64,000 nucleotides of DNA from Eledone cirrhosa (taxonomy: Eukaryota): NCBI GenBank assembly GCA_964016885.1, contig OZ024745.1, positions 80,724,001 through 80,788,000 on the forward strand, given 5' to 3'. The translations under genes and the position numbers were made by a program. The notes under the pieces are model-generated. The model made no database searches and was not told the DNA's origin. It saw nothing but the letters and a program-made list of their open reading frames with translations. The stretch's first letter is position 1. Each line of letters starts with the position of its first letter. Shown here piece after piece: positions 50,598-64,000 of the stretch.

Positions 50598-53500
50598 ATA
50601 AAGAATCTTGCAGACCAGGCAATTTTCTTGAATTCATCCCTTCTCTCTTGAATAATTTAGTAATAATGTTTTAGTTTGTAAATAATCTATTATATGCAAT
50701 GTCCATGAGTGACAAATATTTGCATTTAGAAGCAATCTATAATTTTTCTTTTTCAATTGTCAATTCAATATTTTCATTGAATATTTCTACACCTATGGCA
50801 TTGTACTACATAAAAACTAAGTCTATAAATTACAACTCTATTATGTTTTTAAAATTCTATCAATTTTTACTCTTCGTTTTGTGTGATAATTCTATTCTTA
50901 TTCTCTCCCCCTTTCAGTGAATCTCAAAATACAAATATTACAGGCTCTCAATTTCATTTTCAAAGGAAAACATCTTCCCCACCTTTAAGTTTGAATGGAA
51001 ATTATTAAACCATTTCAGGTTTAAAATTTGTACAAGACCAATTTATATTCATCGATAGGTATGGAAAAGTGGATGTAAGGAGGATGATGTTGAGATGGCT
51101 TCACATAAAGATGTAATACTCACAAGTTACATTGTGATCCAATTGAATTCATTAAGACATCTGTTTTGGACAGCTTATTCTAATTAATTTTAAACAATTT
51201 AAAAAAAGTGTATGCTATTGATCTCAAAGTTTCTCTTACCCCTTTAGCATTTACATTACTCTCTATATATACTAGTATTTTTGTGGTAAAGGATTTATCT
51301 CGCATCAACGAGATTTTGATGTTATTTATTTTGAGAACACTACCTTAACGCTAGTATGAGTGGCTGGTTTGAACAGAAAGAGGTGAGAGAATTCTGACCG
51401 GATATGGCCGGTTTAAATGCAAAAGGGTAAAGTAAGAATTGTAGTTAATTCTAAGGTTATATTTAATGCAGTAGACTATTTCTATATTATGTATGTAGTT
51501 CTTAGTAACTTTTAACTTATCGATAATAACTAAGGTGTCAGTACTAAGTGTATGTCTGAAGTTTACCTTTTTTTTTTTTTTACTAGATGCCAAGAAAGGT
51601 TTTATATTTAAAAAAATCTTTTCCTGGGTCTGTATATGTATATATAAACGTCTGCAATTTGAGTTTTTCTTTCTTTTTCTGTATATATAAATATGTAAAA
51701 CATTAAAATATGTATAGATTAAATGATACAAATTTCTCAATATTCGCTTTGTCTAATACATTAAATTGGTAATTAAGTTTACGGAGAATTCCACTTTCAT
51801 TTTATAGACAATTTCTTTCATATGCAAAAATCTCAATTTTATTTTCCTGCCCAAATATGACAATCTTATCAAACTCCCAGAGCTAAATTTATACCTTTTA
51901 ATGCTCTGTTTTTTTTTTGTTTTTTTTTTTTTACTCTATTTTTATATATATATATATATAAAAAAAAAAAAAAATCACCATGTGGCCTAAAATATTTGGA
52001 TCCTTTGACTCCCAGAAAAAAAAATTGGTTAAATTGTAAATAAAATACAGGCTCTGAAATTGTGTATTTTCGTCTATTTTCTGATAATTTTAGAAGCCAA
52101 AAATTAAATAAGGTAATGACAAAAAATTCAATTAATTTTTTTAAAGGAAAAGTCTTTTAACACTGGTATGACATTACTTGGTGAAATGATTGAAATTGTT
52201 CAATGAATTAAGAGAAACCTTCAATTGTGTTAGACATGACAGACTTCCTAATGCTGGCACCACAATAAAATACATATGGTAGAGCATGGAACTATGTAAG
52301 CAAGAGGCCAGTAGAACTGCTTCAATACTAATTAGGTCTGAAGATTCATCCAACCCTTGGAAAAACAGATGTTAAATGATGGTGGTGATGAAAGCCATCC
52401 GACCTATACTACAATGAGAAAGTAGATATATATAATAAAAGATGTTAATATCTGGAAATGTCTCAACAAAATAAATCCGCACTTTAATTGCTGCCATCTC
52501 ACAGACTAAATAGTCTTGTGGTTAAAGTTTGATTTGGAAAATGTTAAGATATACCATATTTCACAGCTTATAATTTCTTTACTTTTTTAATTTGTGTCCC
52601 TAAATTTCCAGTTAAAACATTTAAAAATTGCAGGGCAATGTCTAGAGTGTTGACCTTGGAGTGGCTAAATTATGTCTCGCATTTAATATCTTTAGATTTT
52701 ATTTTTTGCAAGAAATTTTTTCTTCAAATTGAAAGTGTGTATTATACATACATACATATTATATGCCATGAAATTTGGAATGGCTATTCTTTGTTCGTTG
52801 AATAATGACTAAATAGTCCATAGTCTTATTATTAATTCCTCCTCTGCCAATATTTCATTCATATGCAACAATCAAACTAACCTAGTTATCCTTATTCTTC
52901 AGGTTAACACTGTAGACATTGTCCTGCTTGAAATTATTTTTTAGTACTCTATATTTTCGTGGTAAAAGCTTTACCTTACATAATATTGAATCTATGAGAC
53001 TTTGATATTATTTATTTTGAGAACAATACCTTAACATTGGCATGAGTGGCCTGTTGGAACAAAAAGAGCTGAGAGAATTCTGGCTGGATACAGCTGGTTT
53101 AAATGCTAAAGGATTAAGAAAAATGAGAAAACAAGCCCCCAAAACTTCCAGAAGTGTCAGTTTATTTATAAAATTTTAGAAAAAGTTTTGTTCTGGTTTG
53201 GCTAATATATACAATTTTTTTGCCCAGATTTTGTCAGTTATTCTTTTCTCTCAGCGTGAAGTTCTGAAATGCTTTCTTTAAAACCAAGTTTTGAGAAATC
53301 TTCTTTAGTCATTAGATTTCTGTAACAGAAATAAGATGATAATTTTTCATATTTGCATAAAGTCAGAATTATAAGTGAAATAGTACGGCAATGAAATTGA
53401 GCTGTAAAATATCTAGCTAAATATAGATTCCTACACATCTTCAGCAGGAATCTCAAACATGTGAACAATTTTGTCTTGATATTTATAGTACAACTTATTT

Positions 53501-55759
53501 GGTCACATTCCATGAGAGTATCTTGGAGAGGCATTGTACGAGGGTTTGCAGATTCAGAAGTAGCTAGAAATTAGGAGTCTCAAAGATGTGGTGGCTTGTG
53601 TTGGGAATAATTTTCGTGGTTGATATTTTTCTAAAACTTGGTCATGTGTGTAGGGAACTCTTGGGTCTCGAATAATGTCCCCTCCCCACTTAACAACTTT
53701 TGTAAATCTATCTCCAGCGAAATTTATATTTTAAGTGGTAGTATTTTCTTGAGACATTGAAAAACGTTATACATGACACAGAAAAAGAACATTACAAGAA
53801 ATCCCATACATTATAGAATGGGTTGGGGTCTTCAATATGTAAACAAAACGACTGATTCTGGTTTTTAAAAAATAAAGGGAGACAACCTAGAAAAATTATC
53901 AGCCCCCCTCCATTATTTGGGACCTGAGAGTGAATTGATATAAAATGTTGCCCTAAATTTTGTAATAGATTACACCCCATTTACTATCATGTGTATTCAT
54001 TTTGATTTTTAAAAAAATAGCAACCTGTCAGCTATATTGTAGATTAGCATTATAACTGGTGGAACACCCCCCCCCCCCCCCGCATCTCACTTTTGGCTTG
54101 CTGTTCTTCCTCAAGATATAATGGCCCTTTTGACTCCTTGAGTTTGAGAACCCTACTACAAATGGACACATAATTCTAATACATATAAATAGTATATTTC
54201 ACAATTTAAATGTTATGCTAATTCAAGCATATTTGATAATTTAGTGAAAATAGTTTTAAATTAATTTGAAAGTATAGAACAGATATATTCTTTCTTCATT
54301 AATTAGTCAAACTGGAGACCTAATAGGCTGCTGCATGATTCGAACTTGGAATACAAAGAGTCAGTTCTATTGACCTAAGGCTTCCTTGACCAACACTAAC
54401 AATTCTGCCAGACCACTGCTCTGTGACAATGTTATTCTACTAACTCCCAAACAACAAAAAAGTTCATTTTAGCAGGATTTAAACTGAGAGTTGGAACACA
54501 TGCTTGCAAGGCAATCCACCCTATGCTCTAACAACTACCAATTTGTAACATACTTCTGCCATTTAAAAATAAGTAGAAATTGGAGAGTCAACGCCCCATA
54601 GAAATGACATTTTTATGCCTTGACTGCAGATTTATGAAGTATGAACAGGTGAAGTGTATGGAAGATGACAGCTGTATAAAGAAGTTCAGAGAAATCTCTC
54701 TGGAGGGAACACATGGAAAAGGTAGAGCCAGAAAGACAGATGAAGTAGTGAGGGCTGACCTTGGAAAGCTAAACTTCACAAAGGACTATCAAGTTTGCTG
54801 ACATGCAGTACTGAGGAAGAGCTACCTAGCTGCTTAAAATTTAATCCGACCCTTTCATGTTCCACTACCACCCCATATTGCTAAACATGACCTGACCTCA
54901 TCCACATGCCCCTTCCTCATAGCTATCCTCACCATCACGAGGGGGGGGGTCCTTTTTCATGTCCCCACCCACCCCACCCAAACTGCCACATGCAGCATTA
55001 CTACATCTACATACCTACCCTATCCAGGGTCACTATCTAATGTAACCCCGACACACCAGTCATAGCCCTTAGTAACTATTATCACCAAAGTGTCTTCCTG
55101 CACTGCTGGAGGTCACCTCTACCCATGACACACCCCCACCACTGTCCATAAGAGAGGGCTCTTCAAATGAGTCAATAACCAACAACCTTTCTAGTGTCAG
55201 CACCATAAAAATGCACCCAGAACACCCTGTAAGGTGGTCAGCGATAGGAAGGACAATCCTTTGTAGAAACAACACCAAAAGGTTCAAGAGGACTCTTCGG
55301 GTTTGTTCAAGGCACAACCTCTCTAGTGTTGGTGATAGGCAGGGCATCCAGCCACAGAAAACTTGCCAAACTAGGTATCATTCATAATTGTCAAGTATAG
55401 AGTTCAGTCTAATTTAAATCCCAAAAGGGTGTTCAAACATTACTACCCCAATGATACAAGCCTAGACAGTGTGCTCTGGCTTGCAGGAACCCCAAGGTGC
55501 TGGTTGCCTTGTAGTCTCAGTGAGCAGAATGGAGAAAGTAAAACATTAATTGAGCACCATGATGGCAATGAGGAGCAGTTTATAGTTACAGCTAAGTGTA
55601 CTATACAATTAGATAAACAAATACCAGGGCTGGTCCGACTGATTCCTTTTTGTACCAGTCACTATTGGGACCTCTCGTGTCCTTGGTCCCTGAACTGCAA
55701 AATTAGAAAGACAGCAGCCTACCTGAGGAAGAAGCCCTGTGAGGTCTTGCTGGTCATTC

Positions 55760-57640
55760 TCCATGACAGTGCCTTTGCCATTCTGTTTGCGTGGCATGGC
55801 TGAATCATCACTCGGACTGGTGTGTAGAGTCTGTCCCTCTTTCTCTTTCCTTGGAAATATGTACATTCGAAGCAGAGACCTCACTCTCCAGTTGGTCCTC
55901 TTCACAATCCTCACACAAGCCAGATTACTGACAATCCCAAAGAATGCGCAGAACTCATTGCTGAATGCTATGCAGGCATTTTTACTGTTGAAAACCAAAA
56001 CGTACCATCTCCACCATCTCTGACATCATCAAATTCTATAACAACTATGGAATTTACACCTGCAATGCTGCAATGTCACCTTAAGAATAAGCAAAACTAC
56101 ACTTCTTCTGGTCTTGATGGCGTTACGTACCTGCTTCTCAAACGTGGTGGACACTTCCTTCTGCACCAGCTATCACGCTTCTTCCAATTCTGTCTGAACA
56201 ACGGTGCTACTCTGGAGCAGTGGGAAACTGCCAGTGTCATTCCTCTGTTCAAAAAGGGTGACTGCATGTCACCTGTCAACTATCGTCCAGTCAGTCTTAC
56301 TAGCTGCATTGCCAAACTGATGGAATCCTGTGTCAGAGAAACACTCTGGAATTCTCAGTCTTATCCGGCCTTCGCAATTTGGATTTAACCCTAACTCCAG
56401 CTGCTATGATCAACTTATCGAGTTTCTTGAAGACATCACCTGGATCACTGATGGTCGCTCATGGGTGGATGTTGTTTACCTTGACTTTGCTAAAGCTTTT
56501 AATTCTGTGCCACACAAAAGACTTAACTTGTTGAAGTCCTTCATTCTCAGTTGAAAAGAGGTAGTCACAGTTCTAGGACAGCATTCTTCACCATATGAGA
56601 TGCCATGTGGTGTACCACAGGTGTCTGTTCTTGGTCCCCTTTTGTTTGTTGCATATAGTAATGACATAGTACTGAAATATGCAGATAACATCAAGCTCTA
56701 CCTTGAAATAAAAAGGACAGATCCTGAACACTATAGATCTTTCTTGCAATCAGACCTGGACCCAATGCAGCAATTGATCACAGACTGGCAACTCAAGCTG
56801 GCTGTGGACAAGTGTACCACCATGCATTTTGGGAGGAAAATCCCAGCGTTCATATACTCCCTCCACAACACTAATATCAAGAAGTCTTCTTGTGAACATG
56901 ACCTGGGCATTACTGTCCGCAGCAAATTGTGTTGGACAAAGCACATCTCTAAAATTGTCAAGAAGGCCGAGGGTGTCTTGGCATCACTCAGCAAGACTTT
57001 TGTCAGCTGCTCTCCAGCTATCTATTTAAAGCTGTATATAGCTATCTATGGTGCGGCCACACTTAGAATTTGCATCACCAGTCTGGAACCCCTATTTTGC
57101 TCAGAACATTGACCTCCTGGAAACTGTTCAGAGACGTGCAACCAAGCAAATACCCTCCATCAGGCATCTACCATACTCTGAATGCCTTGCTTCCCTGGGT
57201 ATGGATACATTGAAGCTCTGACGTCTGGCAAATGACTTAGTAAACACACACAAAATTATTAACCAACAACAACCCTGAGCACCTTTTTGAATTTCATGTG
57301 TCTAACACATGCTTACAAAGTCAGAAAACAGCACAGCTCCCATGACTTTCGGAAACATTTTTTCCCGTCCAGAGTTGCTGAAGCATGGAACAAATTTCCT
57401 GCATCAGTTGTTAGCTGCCGAGACACTGCAACCTTTAAAACCTCCATGCTTCCTGAAATTCGCCAACACTACACCTGATATCCCTCCTCCATACACACGC
57501 ACACTTGTATATCATGACTCATATACTGTTCACTTTTCTGACATTTGTACATTATTTTATGTACTATACATTCACCTTTGATGAGTTGTAGTGCACCTGA
57601 GCACTGTACACAATCATTTCATTATTATTATTATTTTAAT
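55760..57640 (+). mobile_element. CR1-clade LINE remnant
   Basis: PLFKKG..NYRPVSLTS, DVVYLDFAKAFNSVPH, GVPQVSVLGPLLF, KYADN; 3' (ATT)n tail. Confidence 0.88.
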
Positions 57641-57836
57641 TATTTTCCTTTTTTTATGTTATCTTACAATAATCAACAAACATATTTGACGGGTGCTCGG
57701 GAAATATGTACAAAAAAATTAGGAGGTATGTGTTTCATAGACAATACGGTACTGAACAGGACACATGAACTGTAGTCAACCGTAGCCTGTAATTTGACAC
57801 CTTATCAATTGGCTTGTTGCCCTTTACAAGCATTGC

Positions 57837-57920
57837 CTGATGACACATGAGGCTGGTGCTTCAGCTAACTGCAGTACAATGTCTGAAACCAGTGAAAAAA
57901 TAACCCAAATCGACTGGGTA
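57837..57920 (+). ncRNA. Degenerate hammerhead-like motif
   Basis: CTGATGA c ACAT..ATGT ct GAAA CCAGT..ACTGG GTA followed by (TA)n; stem I not recoverable. Confidence 0.4.
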
Positions 57921-58813
57921 TATATATTTTTTTTATCTAAGCAGGATATTTGTATTTGATTTCCTTTAGAAAGAAACAAACCATCTTTGTTTTGTGTAAA
58001 TGTAAAATTTCTATGACAGTAAGGTATTGGGGGGGGGGGGGGGGGTAAATTTGTGACTCATGGAATTGAATTAAAAGAATCCCAACTACTTTGTATTATT
58101 CAGATGTTGTCATAACTTAAAAATATACAAAAGAGAAAACTATAATGTAAGGAAATAAATAAAACACGAATATTCATTGAAAGCTATTTTACATCCAGAA
58201 TTATGAAAACATAAACACTCCTTAGCCTTTCTGTTATATTATGCAAAGACGAGAGCTTGTTTTTATTTACAATAACATTTCAACTTTGTTCTGAAAAGAA
58301 AGAGCTTGCAAACACATAACTAATAGTATACTATTTTTTACATTGAACATAACATACTTTGAAACGAAGGATATGCAAGATTTTTCTTAACTCCTGATTG
58401 GATTAACCATTGCAAACAAGAAGTATAAAAGAATGAGCGATAAGGAGTACAAAGAAGAAGAAAATAATTAAAACTTAAAAAAAAAATAGAAAGTAAAGCA
58501 GCCAGAAAGACAGGACTTTTTTTTTTACACTAGGTAAATATATAGATATACATAACTTTCTCTTACTATGCCTTAAATGTATAGATATAAACAAATTTAT
58601 ATTCCTTCCTTATACGAGTCACTGTTCTCTTAGTCACAAGGCCAGCAATTTGTGGAGAAGGGAAAGTCGATTTAATCGACCTCAGTACTTTACTGGTACT
58701 TTATTTAATCAACCCCGGAGGAACAAAAGGCGAGATTTGAAGTGTTCTCTCAGAATTATCGATATCTAATCTACAGCCTTCAGTCTGAAGCACAACACAA
58801 ATTTGGGGTAAAT

Positions 58814-59845
58814 TTATAGAACATCCCCACTTGATTTCAGTGGGAAAAAATTTTTCCTGTTTTTTTTTTGTTTTTTTTTTTCGTGTGCTATCATTGACAT
58901 TTTCCCCGAAGAACGGGGGGGGGGGAATGGGGCAATCCCCACTCCTCAGAGTTTTCTCTCCATTCTTTTTTTAGTTTGTTACCAACGTGTATCAAAACCA
59001 GTCGGAAACGACTAGATTTGTAGAAAAAGGGAGCGAAAAGACCATCGGAGTTTCGCAGATCTACACACCTTTCGCGTTTGGTAAGAAATAATTATATTTC
59101 CTTGTTTTTTCTGTACCTTTTAGATACTTGCAATCGACATTTTCCCCGGAAAACGGAAACTCTAAACCGGTAAAAAAGTCTATTGAAGAGGTTAAAAAAA
59201 AATGAGGAAAGGTAATTATTTCCTACCAAACGCGAGAGGTGTATAGATCTGTGGAACTCCGATGGTCTTTTCGCCCCCTTTCACCTCACTTTTTCTATAA
59301 ATATAGACGGTTCCGATTGGTTTGGAGGTCATATTCGTTGATAACACCAGAAAAAAATCGTTGGGAAAACTCAGAGCGGGAGGAGGGGTGTTCCCTCCAA
59401 CCCTTTGTTCTCCGGGGGAAAAGTTGATGGTCAGAATCTTGGGGGTTAGATTAGTTCAGGGGCGTGCAACAGGCGGCCCGCGGGCCACAATCCAGCCCGC
59501 CAGACCAGTCAGAGTGGCCCGTGATGACTGTTTTTAATTTTTACTTTGTAGGCTTATATAGAATTTTTTTCGTAGCCGTAATACAATTTTCTGTCAGTTG
59601 ACCTATAGTAAAGGGCTTCACCGATAGGGTTATGTGTTATAATTTCCAAGTTCCATGTTATGGAAAGAAGTTGTGGTGAATCTTTGGAATAATGCTTAAA
59701 AAATGTTAATGGCTGTAATAGTTCCAATATTCAAAAGTGGTCCGCCAATGGAATATGTTGTACACCCCTGGATTAGTTGATAGCACACGAAAAGACCAAG
59801 GAAAAATGTTTTTCCTCCACCGAAACCGAGTGGGGTGTTCTATAA
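58814..59845. mobile_element. Fold-back (long inverted repeat) element hosting the hAT MITE
   Basis: Left arm (about 58814-59170) is the diverged reverse complement of about 59200-59456 plus 59779-59845. Confidence 0.7.
59457..59770. mobile_element. hAT MITE with 8-bp target duplication
   Basis: gattagtt|caggggcgtgcaac ... gttgtacacccctg|gattagtt. Confidence 0.85.
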
Positions 59846-62800
59846 TAATACCAATTTTTTTTTATTTTTTTTTATTCAATCAAAGTATGAAATGAAAGAC
59901 AAAACAATGGTGTAGGAAATGTCTCAAATACCACGTTCAGAATTACAAACCGTATTTTTTAAAATGAGAAAAATTCTTATAAACAAAACAGTTAACTGAA
60001 AAACATTGGGTAATTTTGAAATTTGAAATGTGTGCGTCCCAACGCAAATGACTGTAATAATAGTCAATCATTATAAATAATACCTTGCAGCATAGAGTTA
60101 CAGCCCTTTATGGTCTGAGTTCAAATCCCGTCGAGGTTAACTTTACCTTTCATCCTTACGGGGGTCGATAAAATAAAGTATCAGTAATACACTGGGATAA
60201 TTGCTGGCCTTGTGCCAAAAGTATAAATAATTATAAATACCCCCCCCCCCCCACACACACGTATCCCAAAGTCCCAAAGAGGGTCCATAAGGATCAAACC
60301 ATATCAATTGGCAACTGGAACGTTGCAACTCTTACAGGTAACGACAAGAACTAGTGGAGGAAGTCAAATGCTACCAGCTAGATATAGTTGGGGTTTTCTC
60401 AACAAAGCTCTGTGAGCCTGTAGATTTGGATGGAAACTCCATTATACAGGGTGGTGTCAGAAAAGACTACCCAGCCCTTACCTATTGTCATGAATCTTGG
60501 GTAATGACCAAAAGAATATAAGCAGCCGAAATGGAATTCCTGCGAAGGGTATTTGGAGTAACGTTACACAATAAAGTAGCTCGAAGATCAGAGAATCGCT
60601 CTAGGTAGAGCTGATACTTCTCCGAATTGAGAGATTACAGCTCCGATACAACAGACATGTGGTCAGAAATTCTAAGAAAAAGTCGCTGGAGAGATTTTAT
60701 GGGCAAAATTAACTAGCGGAGACCTAGGAGTAGGCCCCAAGTAAAATGGTTTTATAACATGCACGAGTTTAGCTGGTCTTGCTTGGGGATCCAGCCGGAT
60801 CAATTGGAGACTTCTGACAGGACCCAATAGAAGTGCATAATGACTCTGCCCCAACGACCATTCCAGGAATAAGTGGGCAAAGAAGGAGGAGATTATAAAT
60901 AATTGTTTCTACATTTGGCACAAGGCCAGCAAATAACCAGTGCATTACTGGTACTCAGGCAAAGTACACTTAGAGACGGAAAAAAAGTGGAGAGAGGCAT
61001 CTACAAGGAATCAAACTTCGCATCTCACGGCTATCGGGCGAATGCATTAACAGATCTTCTCAACTATTATTATGGTTATTTGAGTTGGGAGGCTTACATT
61101 TCAAATTTTTCCAACCGTTTTATTTTCACTTCTAACTACAGGATTAAATTCTTCAATTTAACTCACTTCTCCATCCGGCATTCTAAATAATCTTTGGACT
61201 CTTGGCGACATTTCGTATTTTCATTATTGTTTACATTCAAACATTTCATGTATTTGATCATGAACATCTTACATTGGCCTGAAATTGAAATTAAGCAAAT
61301 TTCAGATTTAACGACTTAACTAATTACTGAACCTTAAAGTATCACAATTTTATACAAATTTGTACAACTTTACAGAGTGTACTAAGTGTATGTGTTTTTT
61401 TTTTAAATTTTTTTTTTTTTATTGCACTAATTAGCTTGCCCTGGAGCTTGCAAGACTGACTAAAAAGTACTCACTACGCTTGAGGTGTTAAAATATCAAA
61501 CATTTTCGATATTAAAATTCAATACAGGGAATTTTGTGATGCTGGTAGCTGGCACTGATACCAGAATTTTAATAATATATTTGCTTTTGTCACTTGAGTC
61601 ATAAAAAATTAAACTATTAAGTCTGTGGTCAGAAAGAATCGGGGAGATTTTACGGGCAAAACCAATTGGGAGGGACCGAGAGGTAGACCTCCAGCAAGAT
61701 GGTTGGATAACATCCATAAGCTCGGTTGGGGATCCAGCCGGATCAAATGGAGACAGTTGCTTCTGACAGGACTTTCTGGAAGGCATGCTTGAGAACTCTG
61801 TAACCTCCCGCCTCCACCAAAAAGAATGAGAAGAAAACAACAACAGTTGCATATAATTAAACAATGATGTTTTTTTTCTTGTCAGATATTTACTTAGGGT
61901 AACTAACAGTTTTGCTGTTCTGTGCTGTGTTAGGTTTATATAGCTATCATCCAACATTTTTTATTATCTTTAGCCGCTAAGGCGAATCGAACTCCGTAAC
62001 TCAAGATCCTAGCAAGATTAAAGATTCAATAACAGAAACCTTTAGCTGCTCTTTGTTTTTCACCTTTTTGAAAATCTTATTTATGCTTCTTTTGTCTCCC
62101 TTTGTCCTTCTCTTTCTTTTTTTTTTTTTCACTCTCTGTCTATTTTGTTTTTGTAAAGGGTACTAGACACATCTCCTAGTCTGTCGTGGCTTACTAGCTC
62201 TATAGAAACATCCCGTAACTCTTCATAGAGTCGTAGGGGCATTTTAAAGCCTGGCAGAGCCCACCCTTCTCCAGGTCTGAGCACTGCAGATTTAGAAGGA
62301 TAGAAAGAGGGAGAAAGTGATAGAAAGATACACAGAGGAAGGATCGACCCCAGTACAGGACTGGAATGGATGAAAGGCAAAGTTGACAGCAGAGAGCTGG
62401 AACGCTTTATCCGATGTTCTAATTCGCCGCCTATACGGACATATAAATTATTTGATTAAAAAAATATTATTAACTAATGAATTTGTCACAGTTTACATTG
62501 AGTACATGGGTGAGTATTAATGACTAAAGTAAAAACAATCAAGATAAGTAAACAACCTGAGATACACTACCTTCATGGTCTAACGGAAAACTGCCTTTCT
62601 CTGGAGGACGTACAGTCTGTCTTCCTACAAATGTCATAGTAGTAGACATGATTGAAAAGAAATGTTAACAGATGCAGGGACTTGAGAAATCTTTCTAATA
62701 TTATCGACTTAACATGCTGTAAAGCGAGATTTGATTGGTTAGAAAGAATTACTTCCGACCAATGAAATATAATGACAAAATAATCGGTTCATTGAAAGTC

Positions 62801-62921
62801 ATGCTGTTACAATATGGGAAAATATTTACAATGGCAGCACATATTATTTCTTCAGTACAGCGGTAATTATATTTCTTTATAAAACCACTGTAGAACCTAA
62901 TATTGGGTGATAGTATATATA

Positions 62922-62956
<35 letters not shown>

Positions 62957-63106
62957 CTGTCTGTGTGTGTCTCTCTCTCTATATATATGTATATATATAT
63001 ATACAATATTAAATATATTGTAAATATACTCCAAATATTTGTCGAGTGCTTTTATATCAGTTATAAATATTTACTAGTTGTAACCCAACAATTTTAAATA
63101 TAACTT

Positions 63107-63144
<38 letters not shown>

Positions 63145-63160
63145 ACACATATATATTTGT

Positions 63161-63294
63161 CCAGAATTAGCCGTCGAAACGGCTTGAGCTCAGCCGTCGG
63201 GGTCTTACTGGTTCCTATTACCCACTCTACTACCCTAAGTATTGAGTACTTTGGTGCGTTATGGTCCACCTGGTTCCTTACCACATTTCCTTCG

Positions 63295-63296
<2 letters not shown>
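63161..63296 (+). repeat. Same repeat family, copy 3 (right arm and tail only)
   Basis: Starts at ccagaattagccgtcgaaac, i.e. at the hairpin loop; flanked by (TA)n. Confidence 0.9.
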
Positions 63297-63334
<38 letters not shown>

Positions 63335-63481
63335 TTTCCACAAAACACTGAGCAAGTACTCTAAACCTGTATTCATGACACCTGCTAAACCAACCCGCGA
63401 CCCACCCTTCCAAACTCGGCAATATATATTGTACATGATCTTATCTATAAATTCACCTTTCTAAGAACTCGTATAATTATG

Positions 63482-63516
<35 letters not shown>

Positions 63517-63619
63517 ACACACATACACTCTTGTGTTAAGCGTACTAGGATTTTTAGAAATGTTAAAATACTTATGCCACTTTTCATATTCCACCACTTT
63601 TAGTTTCGGTTTCAAATGC

Positions 63620-64000
63620 TGCCATTACTGACATTCAACTAATTCCTTCACAGTCAGAACGAACTCCGCATCTCCATTGCACTTCGAGTAGGAGCCGACG
63701 TCTGCGGGGGTCTGAGATGCTGTCGTGGTAGATCCCTCAAATCCACAGGTTTACATGGTTTGTCCTCCCACCTGAATGCTGGTCGTTTTGCCCGTCACAT
63801 CGAGTTAAACCTAATCATCAAATGGGCCCTGGTTCGGGTAAATACCCACAGTTCTGGAGCCGGCTGGTTTATTCAGAAGTGATGGAAAGAGACCAGGCGG
63901 TCTTACCCTTCTTCCATGGGTGAGAGGCAGTGACTCTTTTGCTCCCTCCCACATCGTGGACGCCGCGGTAAATGTGGAAGTCACTGCTTCCGTTGCCGAA
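63620..64000 (+). mobile_element. CRE-like non-LTR fragment, same family, cut by the window edge
   Basis: HGLS..AGRFARHIELNLIIKWAL..RSDGKRPG..PW; homologous to 23600-24156. Confidence 0.65.

Overview
Eukaryotic, AT-rich, microsatellite-dense DNA. The tRNA-derived SINEs resemble octopod cephalopod families, so the organism assignment is an inference. The only host gene is a complete 10-coding-exon wee1 (Wee1-like CDK1-inhibitory kinase) on the + strand, CDS 25979..50597, 1908 nt, 635 aa, with GT-AG introns in consistent phase and a CCAAT/E2F-type promoter. The rest is a transposon mosaic: Penelope-like elements (a Naiad-like and a Neptune-like copy), a Gypsy LTR element, RTE, CR1 and CRE LINE remnants, Tc1/mariner, a piggyBac plus derived MITEs, hAT MITEs, Helitron-like pieces and SINEs. 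The most striking signal not in the ORF track is a dense cluster of type I hammerhead ribozyme motifs (about 10 intact, degenerate or half motifs from several unrelated sequence families), mostly between 1.9 and 18.6 kb. They sit in (TA)n tracts and are often packaged in fold-back or inverted-repeat mini-elements. Separately, several conserved Wee1 residues are replaced in the genome by codons that one A-to-G change (A-to-I editing) would restore. All motif calls were made by eye; no alignments or folding programs were run.
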